A stretch of 64,000 nt of DNA from a virus. Lineage: Duplodnaviria > Caudoviricetes. The notes beneath the pieces were generated by a model. It was not told the origin of the DNA. It worked only from the letters and a program-made list of their open reading frames with translations, and made no database searches. Location of the stretch: IMG/VR virus record IMGVR_UViG_3300024252_000005; one strand, given 5' to 3'. Shown one piece after another: positions 37,154 to 46,342 of the stretch (the first letter of the stretch is position 1; each line of letters begins with the position of its first letter). The position numbers were made by a program, and so were the translations under genes.

Positions 37154-37255
37154 AGCTGGGTGCCTCCTGAGTCACGACGTTTATGCTTGTTAAATGTTTT
37201 ATATTGATTTGATTGTATATATATAGTTATGCTATAAGTTTAAGCAGGAGACAAT

Positions 37256-37657
37256 ATGAGAATATCTGAAAGAAGATTAAGATGCATGATAAGAGAAATT
37301 ATTATTGAGAGTGGAGAGGTTGATCCTTGGGTAAAAATCCAGAGAGACAATATAAATAAAGCAAATAGAAATATAGAGTCTCAGTATACTGTTGATGATG
37401 ATGAGACGGTCTTGGGCGTAGGATTATATGACTATGCTATTAGAGTTTTAGATAGATGTTCAAGCTTAGACTATACTAGGACATTTGTTGATGATGATTC
37501 AATGTTTTTGAAAGAGCCAATACAGATTGGAAAATCTTATAGAGACTTAGTTGATATTAGAGATGTTTTGAATAATTGTTTTAAAAATAGCATGTCTATA
37601 AGAGACTGTGCTGATGATTGTATTTTAAAATGGAAGAATATTAATAATATTAATTAA
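37256..37657 (+). CDS. leader-family protein
   Basis: MRISERRLRCMIREIIIE. Confidence 0.75.
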   Translation: MRISERRLRCMIREIIIESGEVDPWVKIQRDNINKANRNIESQYTVDDDETVLGVGLYDYAIRVLDRCSSLDYTRTFVDDDSMFLKEPIQIGKSYRDLVDIRDVLNNCFKNSMSIRDCADDCILKWKNINNIN

Positions 37658-37670
37658 GTAGAGATAAAAT

Positions 37671-38468
37671 ATGTTGTTAAGAGAATATGTTTCGCGATAT
37701 ATTAAAGAAGCTATATCATATAGCTTGTTAAATTTAGTTTCAACAGAGTTGAATAATATAACGAAAAATTATAAAGTTTCGAATAATAATCATCATATAT
37801 ATTATGATTTAGTTAAAGTTGTTGACAAGTTTGGTCTTAAGCCTATAGGCGCTGGAGTTTATCGTCATGTATATTCTATACCAGAAGAGGATTGGGTTTT
37901 AAAGTTTTCTTATGAAGGTAGTGGAGGCGAGTGGGCAAATGCTGAAGAGGTTGCAATTAGTGTTGGAAGTCACGGAATAGGAGCGCGAGATTTATTTGTT
38001 AAGATATTTGAATGGGACAAGATAAGTGAAAATCCAGAATGGATTATTGCAGAAAAAGTGATAACATTATCAGCAGCTGGAAGATCAATGTCATTTTCAG
38101 TCTTAAAGAAAATATTTCCTACTTTTTGGGATGCGTTATATAATGATGCAAACGAAAAAACTTCTGTCAGCTTTTTCTGTGATTTTGTTGCTGATACTTT
38201 GCGTGAGCTTAGTATAGAATCTGAGCCAGAGCAAAATGCTAGCGGCTTAAATGCTGAAGCATTTTATATTGCAATGAAGGAAGCAGCAATCTCAGAATTA
38301 AACATCATGCCTTTTGAAGCAATTAGATTTAGTGAAGATTTTTATATAATTGCTAGAGCATGTGCATATAGCAGGCCAGATGACATGCATAGCGGTAATA
38401 TTGGAATAATACCTTCAAGCCAACCTAGCCCAAAAGACATTGTTATTCTTGATTATCTAATATCTTGA
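37671..38468 (+). CDS. protein-kinase-like (ePK/APH fold) with variant leader
   Basis: IGAGVYRHVY, VLKF, NAEE, DDMHSGNIG, ILDY. Confidence 0.75.
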   Translation: MLLREYVSRYIKEAISYSLLNLVSTELNNITKNYKVSNNNHHIYYDLVKVVDKFGLKPIGAGVYRHVYSIPEEDWVLKFSYEGSGGEWANAEEVAISVGSHGIGARDLFVKIFEWDKISENPEWIIAEKVITLSAAGRSMSFSVLKKIFPTFWDALYNDANEKTSVSFFCDFVADTLRELSIESEPEQNASGLNAEAFYIAMKEAAISELNIMPFEAIRFSEDFYIIARACAYSRPDDMHSGNIGIIPSSQPSPKDIVILDYLIS

Positions 38469-38508
38469 AACATATATAGATATATTGAAAGATTAAACAG
38501 GAGTTAGT

Positions 38509-39804
38509 ATGTACATGACAGAGTGTAGACTGAGACAGATTATAAGAAGCGTTTTGATTGAAAACAGAAAGAATAGTATTTTAAAAGAAAGTAATGGATT
38601 AAAAAAAAGCATCCATGTTGATATGTTTACTACTTTTTGTGAACTAACTTTTTATCTTAAGAATGCTTTGCTTAATGAAGATGCTTCTCACAGTGTGTTT
38701 TTTTTTATTGCAAGTAAAATTTTAAGAAAAACTCATGAACCTATTTATATTAATGAAAACTTTATATCAAAGTCTAAAGAATTTTTAAAAGCAATTGGTG
38801 AAGTATTTTCAGTATATAAAAACAGTCTAGATGATGACTTACTTGATGAAAAAAATATTAATGTTTCAAATTATTTAGACGAAAATTATTCTTTTAGAAG
38901 TGATAGTAGAATAGCTTTGGAGAAATATTTTAGTTTAGTTTTGTATTTGAAAAGCAATGCAAATTTTCAAAAGTGCCTAAACGTTTTAAAAAAAAGGTTA
39001 AAGTCTATATCTATTTTTGATGAGTTTAATATTAACAATGTCAAAGGAAAACAATTAATCAATACAGCAACAGAGTTTTTAAATTACTTTTCTAAAGTAA
39101 ACAAGCTTTTAGATAAAAATAAAAAAGATTTCCCTTCAGAAGGAAGAACAAATATTGTCAAAGTTTTAAAAGTCATAGACAGATATTTAGAGAAATTACC
39201 AAAGAGCGTTGACATAGAAGCTCAAGAAATATTTGAAAAAGGTTTTATATTACAACGAAAATGGATGATTTTTACTAAAACCATAGAATCAGAAGATAAA
39301 GTGATTTATACAGAGCAGCCTTTTGATTTGAGTAGGATTTCTAGCATAGCGCTGAAGCAAGGATTAAAACCTGATGGTGTTTGGTATTCTTTTGGTAATG
39401 ATTGGGATGATTTCTGTCAGCAAAATAGATTTAATACTAATAAATATAATTTCAAGTATCTTATAGAAGTTGATGAATCTAAAATTTTTACAATTAGTGA
39501 TGAAAGTGATCTTAAGCAATTTGAAAGCTTATATTATATTGAACCTGATGAGATTGGTTTAGATTATATTGATTGGGGAAAAGTTGAAAATGACGGGTAT
39601 TCTGGTTTTCAAATAAAAAACTGGGATACTTTAATGTATAAAGCAATAAAAAATATGCAAACAGGACAAAACTGGCTATCAAAATATGATATTAGTTCTG
39701 GATGTATATGGAATAAAAATGTCGTAATAGATTTTCATGATTTGAGCTATAAATATACACCTGCTATTTTTGCACGTAACAAGCAAAAATTAGAAAATCT
39801 ATAG
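38509..39804 (+). CDS. leader-family protein with Trp-rich C-terminal domain
   Basis: MTECRLRQIIRSVLIE; KPDGVWYSFGNDW..IDWGKV..GCIWN. Confidence 0.7.
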   Translation: MYMTECRLRQIIRSVLIENRKNSILKESNGLKKSIHVDMFTTFCELTFYLKNALLNEDASHSVFFFIASKILRKTHEPIYINENFISKSKEFLKAIGEVFSVYKNSLDDDLLDEKNINVSNYLDENYSFRSDSRIALEKYFSLVLYLKSNANFQKCLNVLKKRLKSISIFDEFNINNVKGKQLINTATEFLNYFSKVNKLLDKNKKDFPSEGRTNIVKVLKVIDRYLEKLPKSVDIEAQEIFEKGFILQRKWMIFTKTIESEDKVIYTEQPFDLSRISSIALKQGLKPDGVWYSFGNDWDDFCQQNRFNTNKYNFKYLIEVDESKIFTISDESDLKQFESLYYIEPDEIGLDYIDWGKVENDGYSGFQIKNWDTLMYKAIKNMQTGQNWLSKYDISSGCIWNKNVVIDFHDLSYKYTPAIFARNKQKLENL

Positions 39805-39881
39805 TTTAAAAAATAATTGAAGAAATAGGCGGTTGTGAAGCGTGGATAGATAAATTGTATTAAAGATATTTTTAAATAATG

Positions 39882-40832
39882 TGTTGATAAATATATAATA
39901 GATAAAAGGAGTTTATTTATGCGTATTACTGAAAGGAAACTAAGAAATATTATAAAAAGTATTATTTGTGAAAAAAGGAGTAATAAGAAATTAAATGTTG
40001 AAATTGATAGACGAATACTAAAACAAGTAGAATATATGTTTGAATATAATTATTCTATTTTTGTAGAAGACAAAGAAAACCAATTAATTGTAGCTATGCA
40101 TAAGATGGATAGAGTTCGTAAAAGCCAAGAAGAACGTAAATTAAATACAATTGGAAGATTTAAAAGAAAGCCTGGCAAAAAAGTTGGTTCTGTTATTTTT
40201 GATAAATACACCAGAAAAGAAGGTAAAGTAATTCCTTTAGGGGTTAAAGTTGGTGGTAGTAAAAGAAAAGGTGTTTGGTGCGTTGGTTTATCAGAGCTTA
40301 AAAATCATGATGAATTAGGTTTAGGGCCTATCATGTATGAAGTTGGTATAGAGTATATAAGTAGGCATAAAAACTGTGCTGTTGGTGCTCATTTTAATGG
40401 TGGTTCATCTAAACATGCTTTTAGAGTCTGGGAAAAATTTGACAACAGAGAAGACTTTGAAAAATATCAATTTGATATAGATTTAGATTACGAAGACTTT
40501 AAGGGTAACAAGAGAGAGGAAAATAATTTAACAAAAAATATTTCTCAAATAACACCTGAAGATGATAGTGATGATATTGGATTTGGTTTGAACAACTTAA
40601 ATTACACTTTGAATTTAAAAAAGTCTGAATTTGTAAAAAGTTGGTTTAAATCACCTTTGACAAGAGGTTTTTTTAACAATAAAGGTAGAGTTATTAAGCT
40701 GTTACATTCTAAAGATTTAATATTTAAATGTTGACATTAATTAAGTATAGATAGATTATGTTGATAAATATATAATAGATAAAAGGAGTTTATTTATGCG
40801 TATTACTGAAAAGAAACTAAGAAATATCATAA
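39882..40832 (+). repeat. 74-bp near-identical promoter/SD/leader repeat (39882-39955 and 40759-40832)
   Basis: TGTTGATAAATATATAATAGATAAAAGGAGTTTATTTATGCGTATTACTGAAA(G/A)GAAACTAAGAAATAT(T/C)ATAA. Confidence 0.9.
39919..40734 (+). CDS. leader-family protein, possible divergent GNAT fold
   Basis: MRITERKLRNIIKSIICE; LGLGPIMYEVGIEY..SSKHAFRVWEKF. Confidence 0.65.
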   Translation: MRITERKLRNIIKSIICEKRSNKKLNVEIDRRILKQVEYMFEYNYSIFVEDKENQLIVAMHKMDRVRKSQEERKLNTIGRFKRKPGKKVGSVIFDKYTRKEGKVIPLGVKVGGSKRKGVWCVGLSELKNHDELGLGPIMYEVGIEYISRHKNCAVGAHFNGGSSKHAFRVWEKFDNREDFEKYQFDIDLDYEDFKGNKREENNLTKNISQITPEDDSDDIGFGLNNLNYTLNLKKSEFVKSWFKSPLTRGFFNNKGRVIKLLHSKDLIFKC

Positions 40833-41536
40833 GATATGTTTTGGCTGAAGCTGTTGTGCGACCAAAAGCTAGAGTAGATCATAAATTTATGTTCGATCAA
40901 TGGTTGCACACTGTATTTTTAGGTGTTGAAGATAATTTTAGACCTTACGTCAAAGCTGTATATAAGACAAAATCAAAGCAAGACAGGCTTTTAGCGAGAT
41001 GGATGCTGCTTAAGAGTAAAAAGAATCAAACTAACGAACCATTAGAAGTATTTTATGAATATATTAGCAATAGAGTAGAAAACAATGGAGATCTTTTTAA
41101 AAAAGAAATGCTAGGTGACTTTTTCATGGATAATGATGTTAATCCTTATGATATATTTTATTATTTGAAATATTTTATTAAACCTAAAAAAGATTTTAGC
41201 AAATTCAATAAAAATAAAATTCCTTCATCTACTGCTTCTTCTAAAGATTTTGCTATTGAAATTGATGTATTGGGTTGGGATATGTTAAAGTCAGTTAGAG
41301 AAAAGTACGGAAATGAAAGACTTGATCTTAATAATTTACAAGATAAAACTCATATTGACAATGATATGTATAATGATGATAGTGATGAAGTGCTCAAGAG
41401 ATTTTGCAAATTAATTGGAATTGACTTTAATGACAAAAGAGCACTAGCAAACTACTTTTCAGATCAAGCTGCTTCTTCAGGCGTTGATAGCTGGGGAAAT
41501 AGATTACCTAAAATAGATACTTACGAAGAACAATAA
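40796..41536 (+). CDS. leader-family protein
   Basis: MRITEKKLRNIIRYVLAE. Confidence 0.75.
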   Translation: MRITEKKLRNIIRYVLAEAVVRPKARVDHKFMFDQWLHTVFLGVEDNFRPYVKAVYKTKSKQDRLLARWMLLKSKKNQTNEPLEVFYEYISNRVENNGDLFKKEMLGDFFMDNDVNPYDIFYYLKYFIKPKKDFSKFNKNKIPSSTASSKDFAIEIDVLGWDMLKSVREKYGNERLDLNNLQDKTHIDNDMYNDDSDEVLKRFCKLIGIDFNDKRALANYFSDQAASSGVDSWGNRLPKIDTYEEQ

Positions 41537-41550
41537 AAAGGATACTAAAT

Positions 41551-41931
41551 ATGAGAATTACAGAGAAAAAATTAAGAAAGCTAATAAGAGAAACAATAGA
41601 GTCAACAATGAGGGAGTCAGATTATGACGAGTATAGCTCAGACCCTAGATTTAGAGATTTTGGAGATTCTGCAGCTATTGGGAGTGAAGATGACGAGCTA
41701 GAAGATAATGACATGTACGCTGAAGAACACTACATGTCTGACATGGAATCTTCTGATTTAAATTCATCTGGTACTTCTGGAATAGTACCAGATGACCTAG
41801 ATGATTGGAGAAATACAGATTCATACAGGGGTTTAGATGATGAAGAATTACAACCAGATGATTATAATCTAGATTTAATTGAAGACCCTATGTATATGGA
41901 TGCAGAAGATACTGATTATTTTGAAAACTAA
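41551..41931 (+). CDS. leader-family, extremely acidic protein
   Basis: MRITEKKLRKLIRETIE then a D/E-rich body. Confidence 0.75.
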   Translation: MRITEKKLRKLIRETIESTMRESDYDEYSSDPRFRDFGDSAAIGSEDDELEDNDMYAEEHYMSDMESSDLNSSGTSGIVPDDLDDWRNTDSYRGLDDEELQPDDYNLDLIEDPMYMDAEDTDYFEN

Positions 41932-42107
41932 GTTTAATTATTGCATAATACATTTACTGACTTGTCTATTTTAAGACGCTCTTCAGCTGTGAATGTATTT
42001 CTTTTAACAGCTTCTTCTAGAATAGCTATTAATATGTTAACACATTTAACTTGATTGTGGTTTATAACATATAAATTTATTTTTGTCATGATATTTATTT
42101 TATTGTT

Positions 42108-42350
42108 ATGAAAAAGTTTTATATATTATTGATAGTTTTGTTTTCTTTTACAATTAATTGTGATGACAAAAATAACAACGAAGATAAAAAGTCTTCTGAG
42201 TGTCAAAAAATAATAGAAAAAGTTGAAGATTGCATGAATTTACACAGAGGAGCATTTAGTTATATTAATTCATGTGGAAAAGTAGAAATAAATGAAGTTA
42301 ACAGACTAAATTCATGTGATCAGTTATTAGAATATATTCTTGGCAAGTAA
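42108..42350 (+). CDS. putative Cys-rich lipoprotein
   Basis: MKKFYILLIVLFSFTINC; four further Cys. Confidence 0.65.
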   Translation: MKKFYILLIVLFSFTINCDDKNNNEDKKSSECQKIIEKVEDCMNLHRGAFSYINSCGKVEINEVNRLNSCDQLLEYILGK

Positions 42351-42352
42351 AG

Positions 42353-43120
42353 TTACCAACTAAAAATTATTCCACCTTTCAGCATAAAGTCTGTATTTTC
42401 TACTTTTTCTGACGGTACTGTGTCGTACAAATAAGTAATAGCTGTATCTATTCCTAGACTATATTCACTTCTATTAACAATAGAAGATCTAAGTTTAATC
42501 TCGCTATTAATTCTATAGTCACTATGATTAAACAATAAGGGCTGATAGTAAGTTACAACAGAGACAAAACTGGAATCATTTTCATTGAAATATTTTGTTA
42601 AAGTAAAATAAGAAGTTATTCTTGAGTGTGTTGTTGTTTCATAAGATAATTGCTCATGATCTGACATTATGCCTAAACCTGAAGATATTTGGAAAAGATT
42701 ATTGTTTTGTAGAGGCTTTTCAAATCTTATACCGACACCATTGAGTTGTCTTAAGCTTAAGTCTCTAAATTCATTATACTGAGTTTGAGTAAATATTTCA
42801 TATCCTAAAAATTCATGCAACATAATAGTATATCTAAAGTGGACAAAAGCGTTATTCTTGTAAATCTCTTTGTCTTGAAATCCTTTGCTTGCTGAACCCT
42901 TTAGCAAGATATGATTTTTGTTTAATTTATAGTGTAAGTCTTTTTTAATTTCGTATACTTGAGAATTAACATTGCCTTTTTGAAATTGAATATTTACTTT
43001 AAACTCTCCGTAAAAGCCTGTTTTAGTTGCTGAGTTCCTAAAAGATTCAATGTTTACTTGCGCAAACAAAGTATTGCAAGAAAGCAATACTATTATTAAT
43101 GTTGATATTATGCTTTTCAT
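42353..43120 (-). CDS. DUF481-like outer-membrane beta-barrel protein
   Basis: Signal peptide ..LFA/QVNIE, alternating amphipathic strands, C-terminal GGIIFSW beta-signal. Confidence 0.7.
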   Translation of the reverse strand: MKSIISTLIIVLLSCNTLFAQVNIESFRNSATKTGFYGEFKVNIQFQKGNVNSQVYEIKKDLHYKLNKNHILLKGSASKGFQDKEIYKNNAFVHFRYTIMLHEFLGYEIFTQTQYNEFRDLSLRQLNGVGIRFEKPLQNNNLFQISSGLGIMSDHEQLSYETTTHSRITSYFTLTKYFNENDSSFVSVVTYYQPLLFNHSDYRINSEIKLRSSIVNRSEYSLGIDTAITYLYDTVPSEKVENTDFMLKGGIIFSW

Positions 43121-43137
43121 TTAAATTCCATTTGATC

Positions 43138-44532
43138 TTATAAGTTTCTCTGCAATTTGGGAAATACAGCTTTTAAGTTTTTAGGTAGTTTAACTCTACT
43201 ACTGTTTTTAATTTGATCTATAACTTCTTTAGACAAAGTTATGGCTTTAGGAGCAGATCCAAATATTTCTTTAAGATTAAGTATTTGTGCAATTTCTGGC
43301 ACACCTTTTTTACTCCCATCAATATATTTTTTATGTGAATAAACTGTGCCCCCACCACCTTCTGTATTTCCTTCTACAGTTTCATACCACATTCTACCTG
43401 ATTTGTTGTCTATTCCTACATCTTTGACAATAGCAAAATGTTGTGCATAAGGAGAATGTTTTTTAGGATAAAGTGCAACTATGCTCCCAACGAACAATAC
43501 TTTTTTAATTGCATTTGATTTTTCTTTAATAGATCTGTCTTTAAAATCTTCATGATTATAAGCCATATCTTCGCTATCTATATAATTTTTATATACTCGG
43601 CGAGCGCTAGCAAAAGATGATATTTTCGTATCTATTTCACCTCTAGATAGAATTCCAGCAATCATTACACCACACCAAGATACTTTCTCTAGACTGTCTG
43701 GAACTTTATCTGTGCTTATTCCTAAATCATTTTTTATATTTTTATAAAGGTCTTCTGTGAGCCATACTGTAATTGTGTTAGTTCTTGCAGTTGAAGCAAT
43801 AGATGAAACCATTGCTGAATATTCTTTCCATTTAGGGTGAGACTGACATTCTTTTTTAATTTCTGACATTTCTTTGTTTGATTCTATTGATTTCCCATCG
43901 TTAACTGTATACTTATAGAACAACTTGTATCTATTTTCTCTATTTAGCTCTAATGCTCTTTGACCCTTTTTAGCGCTACCTATTGTCTGGTAAAGTAATT
44001 TGTTTTTTGCAAAAAGTGTAGTTATCCATATAGATTTAAGATAAGGGTCGTTTTGATACTCTTGATAATCAGAAGTTTGTCCTTTGGCCGCTGACAAGAC
44101 TTTTCTAACTTTTTCTACTTGTTCCTCTATTTCTTTTGCTTTGTTTAACTTGCTTTTTAATGAAGCACCTTTTACTTTGCCTCTTTCAGAATATTTTTCT
44201 ATGTCTTTTTTTATTTCGTCAATTAACTCTTTTGGTGACTTCTTGCTCTTGTCAACAGTACCTGAATCACCGTCAACAGAAGCTATTTTTTCTAAATGCT
44301 TTATAGAATCCTTAGGCATTTCACTACTGATATCGCTCGTAGAATTACCAGCTAATATACCAGTTCCTATACCTGAGAGTAGAGCTGCCAAAGCTAACTC
44401 TTTTGTTCCTTCATTTAACAAAAGATCTTCTTCTATTTGTTCAAACAGCTTATCACTTTTATATGAAACATTATTTTTTTTCATTGACAATAGCTTTTTA
44501 TATGTTTCTATTTCTAGACTTTTTACTTTCAT
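43138..44532 (-). CDS. CHAP-like amidase with N-terminal hydrophobic segment
   Basis: SWCGVMI, QHFAIV, TVEGNT; LLLNE then LALAALLSGIGTGILAG. Confidence 0.7.
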   Translation of the reverse strand: MKVKSLEIETYKKLLSMKKNNVSYKSDKLFEQIEEDLLLNEGTKELALAALLSGIGTGILAGNSTSDISSEMPKDSIKHLEKIASVDGDSGTVDKSKKSPKELIDEIKKDIEKYSERGKVKGASLKSKLNKAKEIEEQVEKVRKVLSAAKGQTSDYQEYQNDPYLKSIWITTLFAKNKLLYQTIGSAKKGQRALELNRENRYKLFYKYTVNDGKSIESNKEMSEIKKECQSHPKWKEYSAMVSSIASTARTNTITVWLTEDLYKNIKNDLGISTDKVPDSLEKVSWCGVMIAGILSRGEIDTKISSFASARRVYKNYIDSEDMAYNHEDFKDRSIKEKSNAIKKVLFVGSIVALYPKKHSPYAQHFAIVKDVGIDNKSGRMWYETVEGNTEGGGGTVYSHKKYIDGSKKGVPEIAQILNLKEIFGSAPKAITLSKEVIDQIKNSSRVKLPKNLKAVFPKLQRNL

Positions 44533-44591
44533 TTTATTCCTTTATAAATAATTTTAATACAATACTTTAATTATTAAACAAAGAATGGAAA

Positions 44592-44894
44592 ATGAAAGTA
44601 AAAGATAATTTATATATAATACAGTCTGATTTAACTGGAATGATAAAAATAGGTAGATCTAAAGATCCAGCGAAAAGATTAAAACAGCTTCAAACTGGTA
44701 ATCCTAATAAACTAAAATTGATCGCTTGTTTTGAAGGTGAAGGATGGAAAGAAAAAATATTACATGAAAGATTAGAAAAGTTTAGATTGCAAGGCGAATG
44801 GTTTAGTTATAGTTGCGTAGGAAGTATACCTGATAGTATTTATGAAAAAATAAATTGGGGATCTTTTGATAATTGGTGGGAAAGTAATATTTAG
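44592..44894 (+). CDS. GIY-YIG/T5orf172-domain protein
   Basis: LYIIQ..IKIGRSKDP.KRLKQLQTGNP..EKILH..GEWF. Confidence 0.85.
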   Translation: MKVKDNLYIIQSDLTGMIKIGRSKDPAKRLKQLQTGNPNKLKLIACFEGEGWKEKILHERLEKFRLQGEWFSYSCVGSIPDSIYEKINWGSFDNWWESNI

Positions 44895-44915
44895 CTTTAA
44901 AAGAAAGGAATCTTA

Positions 44916-45390
44916 ATGAAAGTTTTTTTTAGAAGAAATTCGTAAAAGAGGCGGCTTTTCATGTCATCATGCACATTTTGATAAAGCTTACCTTGTAGAT
45001 AAAGAAAATTTTATAAGGTCACAGGCTTCTTTACAAGATAAAATAAAAATAGATATTGCAATTCAACCTTTAGAAGGCCTAGAAGATATAAAAAGTAGAG
45101 AAAATTTTATAGAAGCATGTAATAAAGCTGATTATATAGGAGGTTTGTCTGATAGGGACTCATCATCTGAGATCAGCACATACTACATTTGCGATGTTAC
45201 TATCTCAGGTGACTGTATTGCAAAGTTGAGCGGTGCTGCTAGTGCAAGCGGCTGTGACTTGTATGCTACATCAACAGGTCTATTGACAGCGTCTGCATCA
45301 CGTGATGTTGTTGCAATGCTAGCGCCTCGAGCTTATCCATTATTGAATGACTATGCAGACTCAGAGCTTGTCTCAGTAGTGATCAGATGA
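44916..45390 (+). pseudogene. metal-dependent amidohydrolase (cytosine-deaminase-like) remnant
   Basis: GGFSCHHAHFDKAY..SLQDK|IDIAIQPLEG..ADYIGGL in one frame; ATG 44916 is out of frame across a T8 run; tail diverges. Confidence 0.6.
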
Positions 45391-45408
45391 TCAATATCAA
45401 GTAACCTT

Positions 45409-45894
45409 TTAAATATCTTTTTCTCTATCAGTTTCTGGCAACCATTCAGCGACGTGTTTATTCAATATGATATCTTCTTCTGTATTGTGTTTTATTATTT
45501 TTTTTCCGTTCCATATAGGCAGTTTTTCAACTAGCGCAGTTTGAATGTCATTCAACTGCTCAGTTTTAAGTTGGATTTGTATTTGAGCATCTCTAAGTCT
45601 TCCTATTAGTGCTTCTCGATCAGCATTAGCAGCTGATAGCTTGTCTTTTAGCTCATCTATTTCTGCTGGGTCTTTACCTGCAGCAATCGAGAGCATGCTT
45701 GAAATGCTGCCAGTTAACATTCCTATTATACCTATTAGTATATCACGGTTTTCTTCTTGTATTTTAACGTACGTTAAAAATATGATCAATGCGACTATTA
45801 AAAGCATAAAGACTACAGACGCCCACCATCCCCTTTTAGCTTTTTCTATCTGATTAAACTGTTTATTTGTTTTTTCTTCTTTTTGATCGTTCAT
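45409..45894 (-). CDS. two-TM protein with coiled-coil tail (holin/spanin-like)
   Basis: WWASVVFMLLIVALIIFLTY and ILIGIIGMLTGSISSMLSI. Confidence 0.55.
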   Translation of the reverse strand: MNDQKEEKTNKQFNQIEKAKRGWWASVVFMLLIVALIIFLTYVKIQEENRDILIGIIGMLTGSISSMLSIAAGKDPAEIDELKDKLSAANADREALIGRLRDAQIQIQLKTEQLNDIQTALVEKLPIWNGKKIIKHNTEEDIILNKHVAEWLPETDREKDI

Positions 45895-45906
45895 TAGTAA
45901 ATCTCT

Positions 45907-46341
45907 TTATATGTCAACTTTTTTAATTAGAAGATAAGAGAAGTCGTTGTTTATAGAACATGTACCACCTACAGCAGTAACTTTTACTTTAACGGTCTTT
46001 GTACCTGACTCAACTGTTACAGCTGCAACAGATCCATCTATTCCTACTTTATTGTCTTGTGTAGATGAACCTTTAGTGTCTTGCTCAACATTGTCTACTA
46101 GTATGTTCCATTCAGCATAGTTTGAAATATTGTTTGAATTATTTATACCTAGACAACACTCTATAAGATAGTGTCCAGAGGATATAACAATATTATCTGA
46201 ATTTATTGTTGTTCCATTGGTATTATTATAAATAGCTGCAGTATTAAAGTCAACTAAGTCATTTAAAGACAAATTGCCTGAGTTGTTTGTTTTTATAAAC
46301 GCAACCTTCATCGTTTTATATTCTACAGATATATGTGTCAT
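45907..46341 (-). CDS. C1q/BclA-CTD-like small structural protein, triplet member
   Basis: Start MTHISV at 46341; SGHYLIECCLG. Confidence 0.6.
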   Translation of the reverse strand: MTHISVEYKTMKVAFIKTNNSGNLSLNDLVDFNTAAIYNNTNGTTINSDNIVISSGHYLIECCLGINNSNNISNYAEWNILVDNVEQDTKGSSTQDNKVGIDGSVAAVTVESGTKTVKVKVTAVGGTCSINNDFSYLLIKKVDI

Positions 46342-46342
46342 G

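Larger units (their letters stand above)
36307..37214 (+). repeat. 62-bp intergenic repeat (36307-36368 and 37153-37214)
   Basis: GAGCTGGGTG(T/C)CTCCTGAGTCA(T/C)GACGTTTATG...TTTTATATTGA. Confidence 0.8.

Noticed and set aside
45145-45390. Stand-alone 81-aa ORF in the track
   Set aside because: It is the in-frame continuation of the amidohydrolase remnant from 44932; the GGAGG directly abuts the TTG and is coding sequence (GG).
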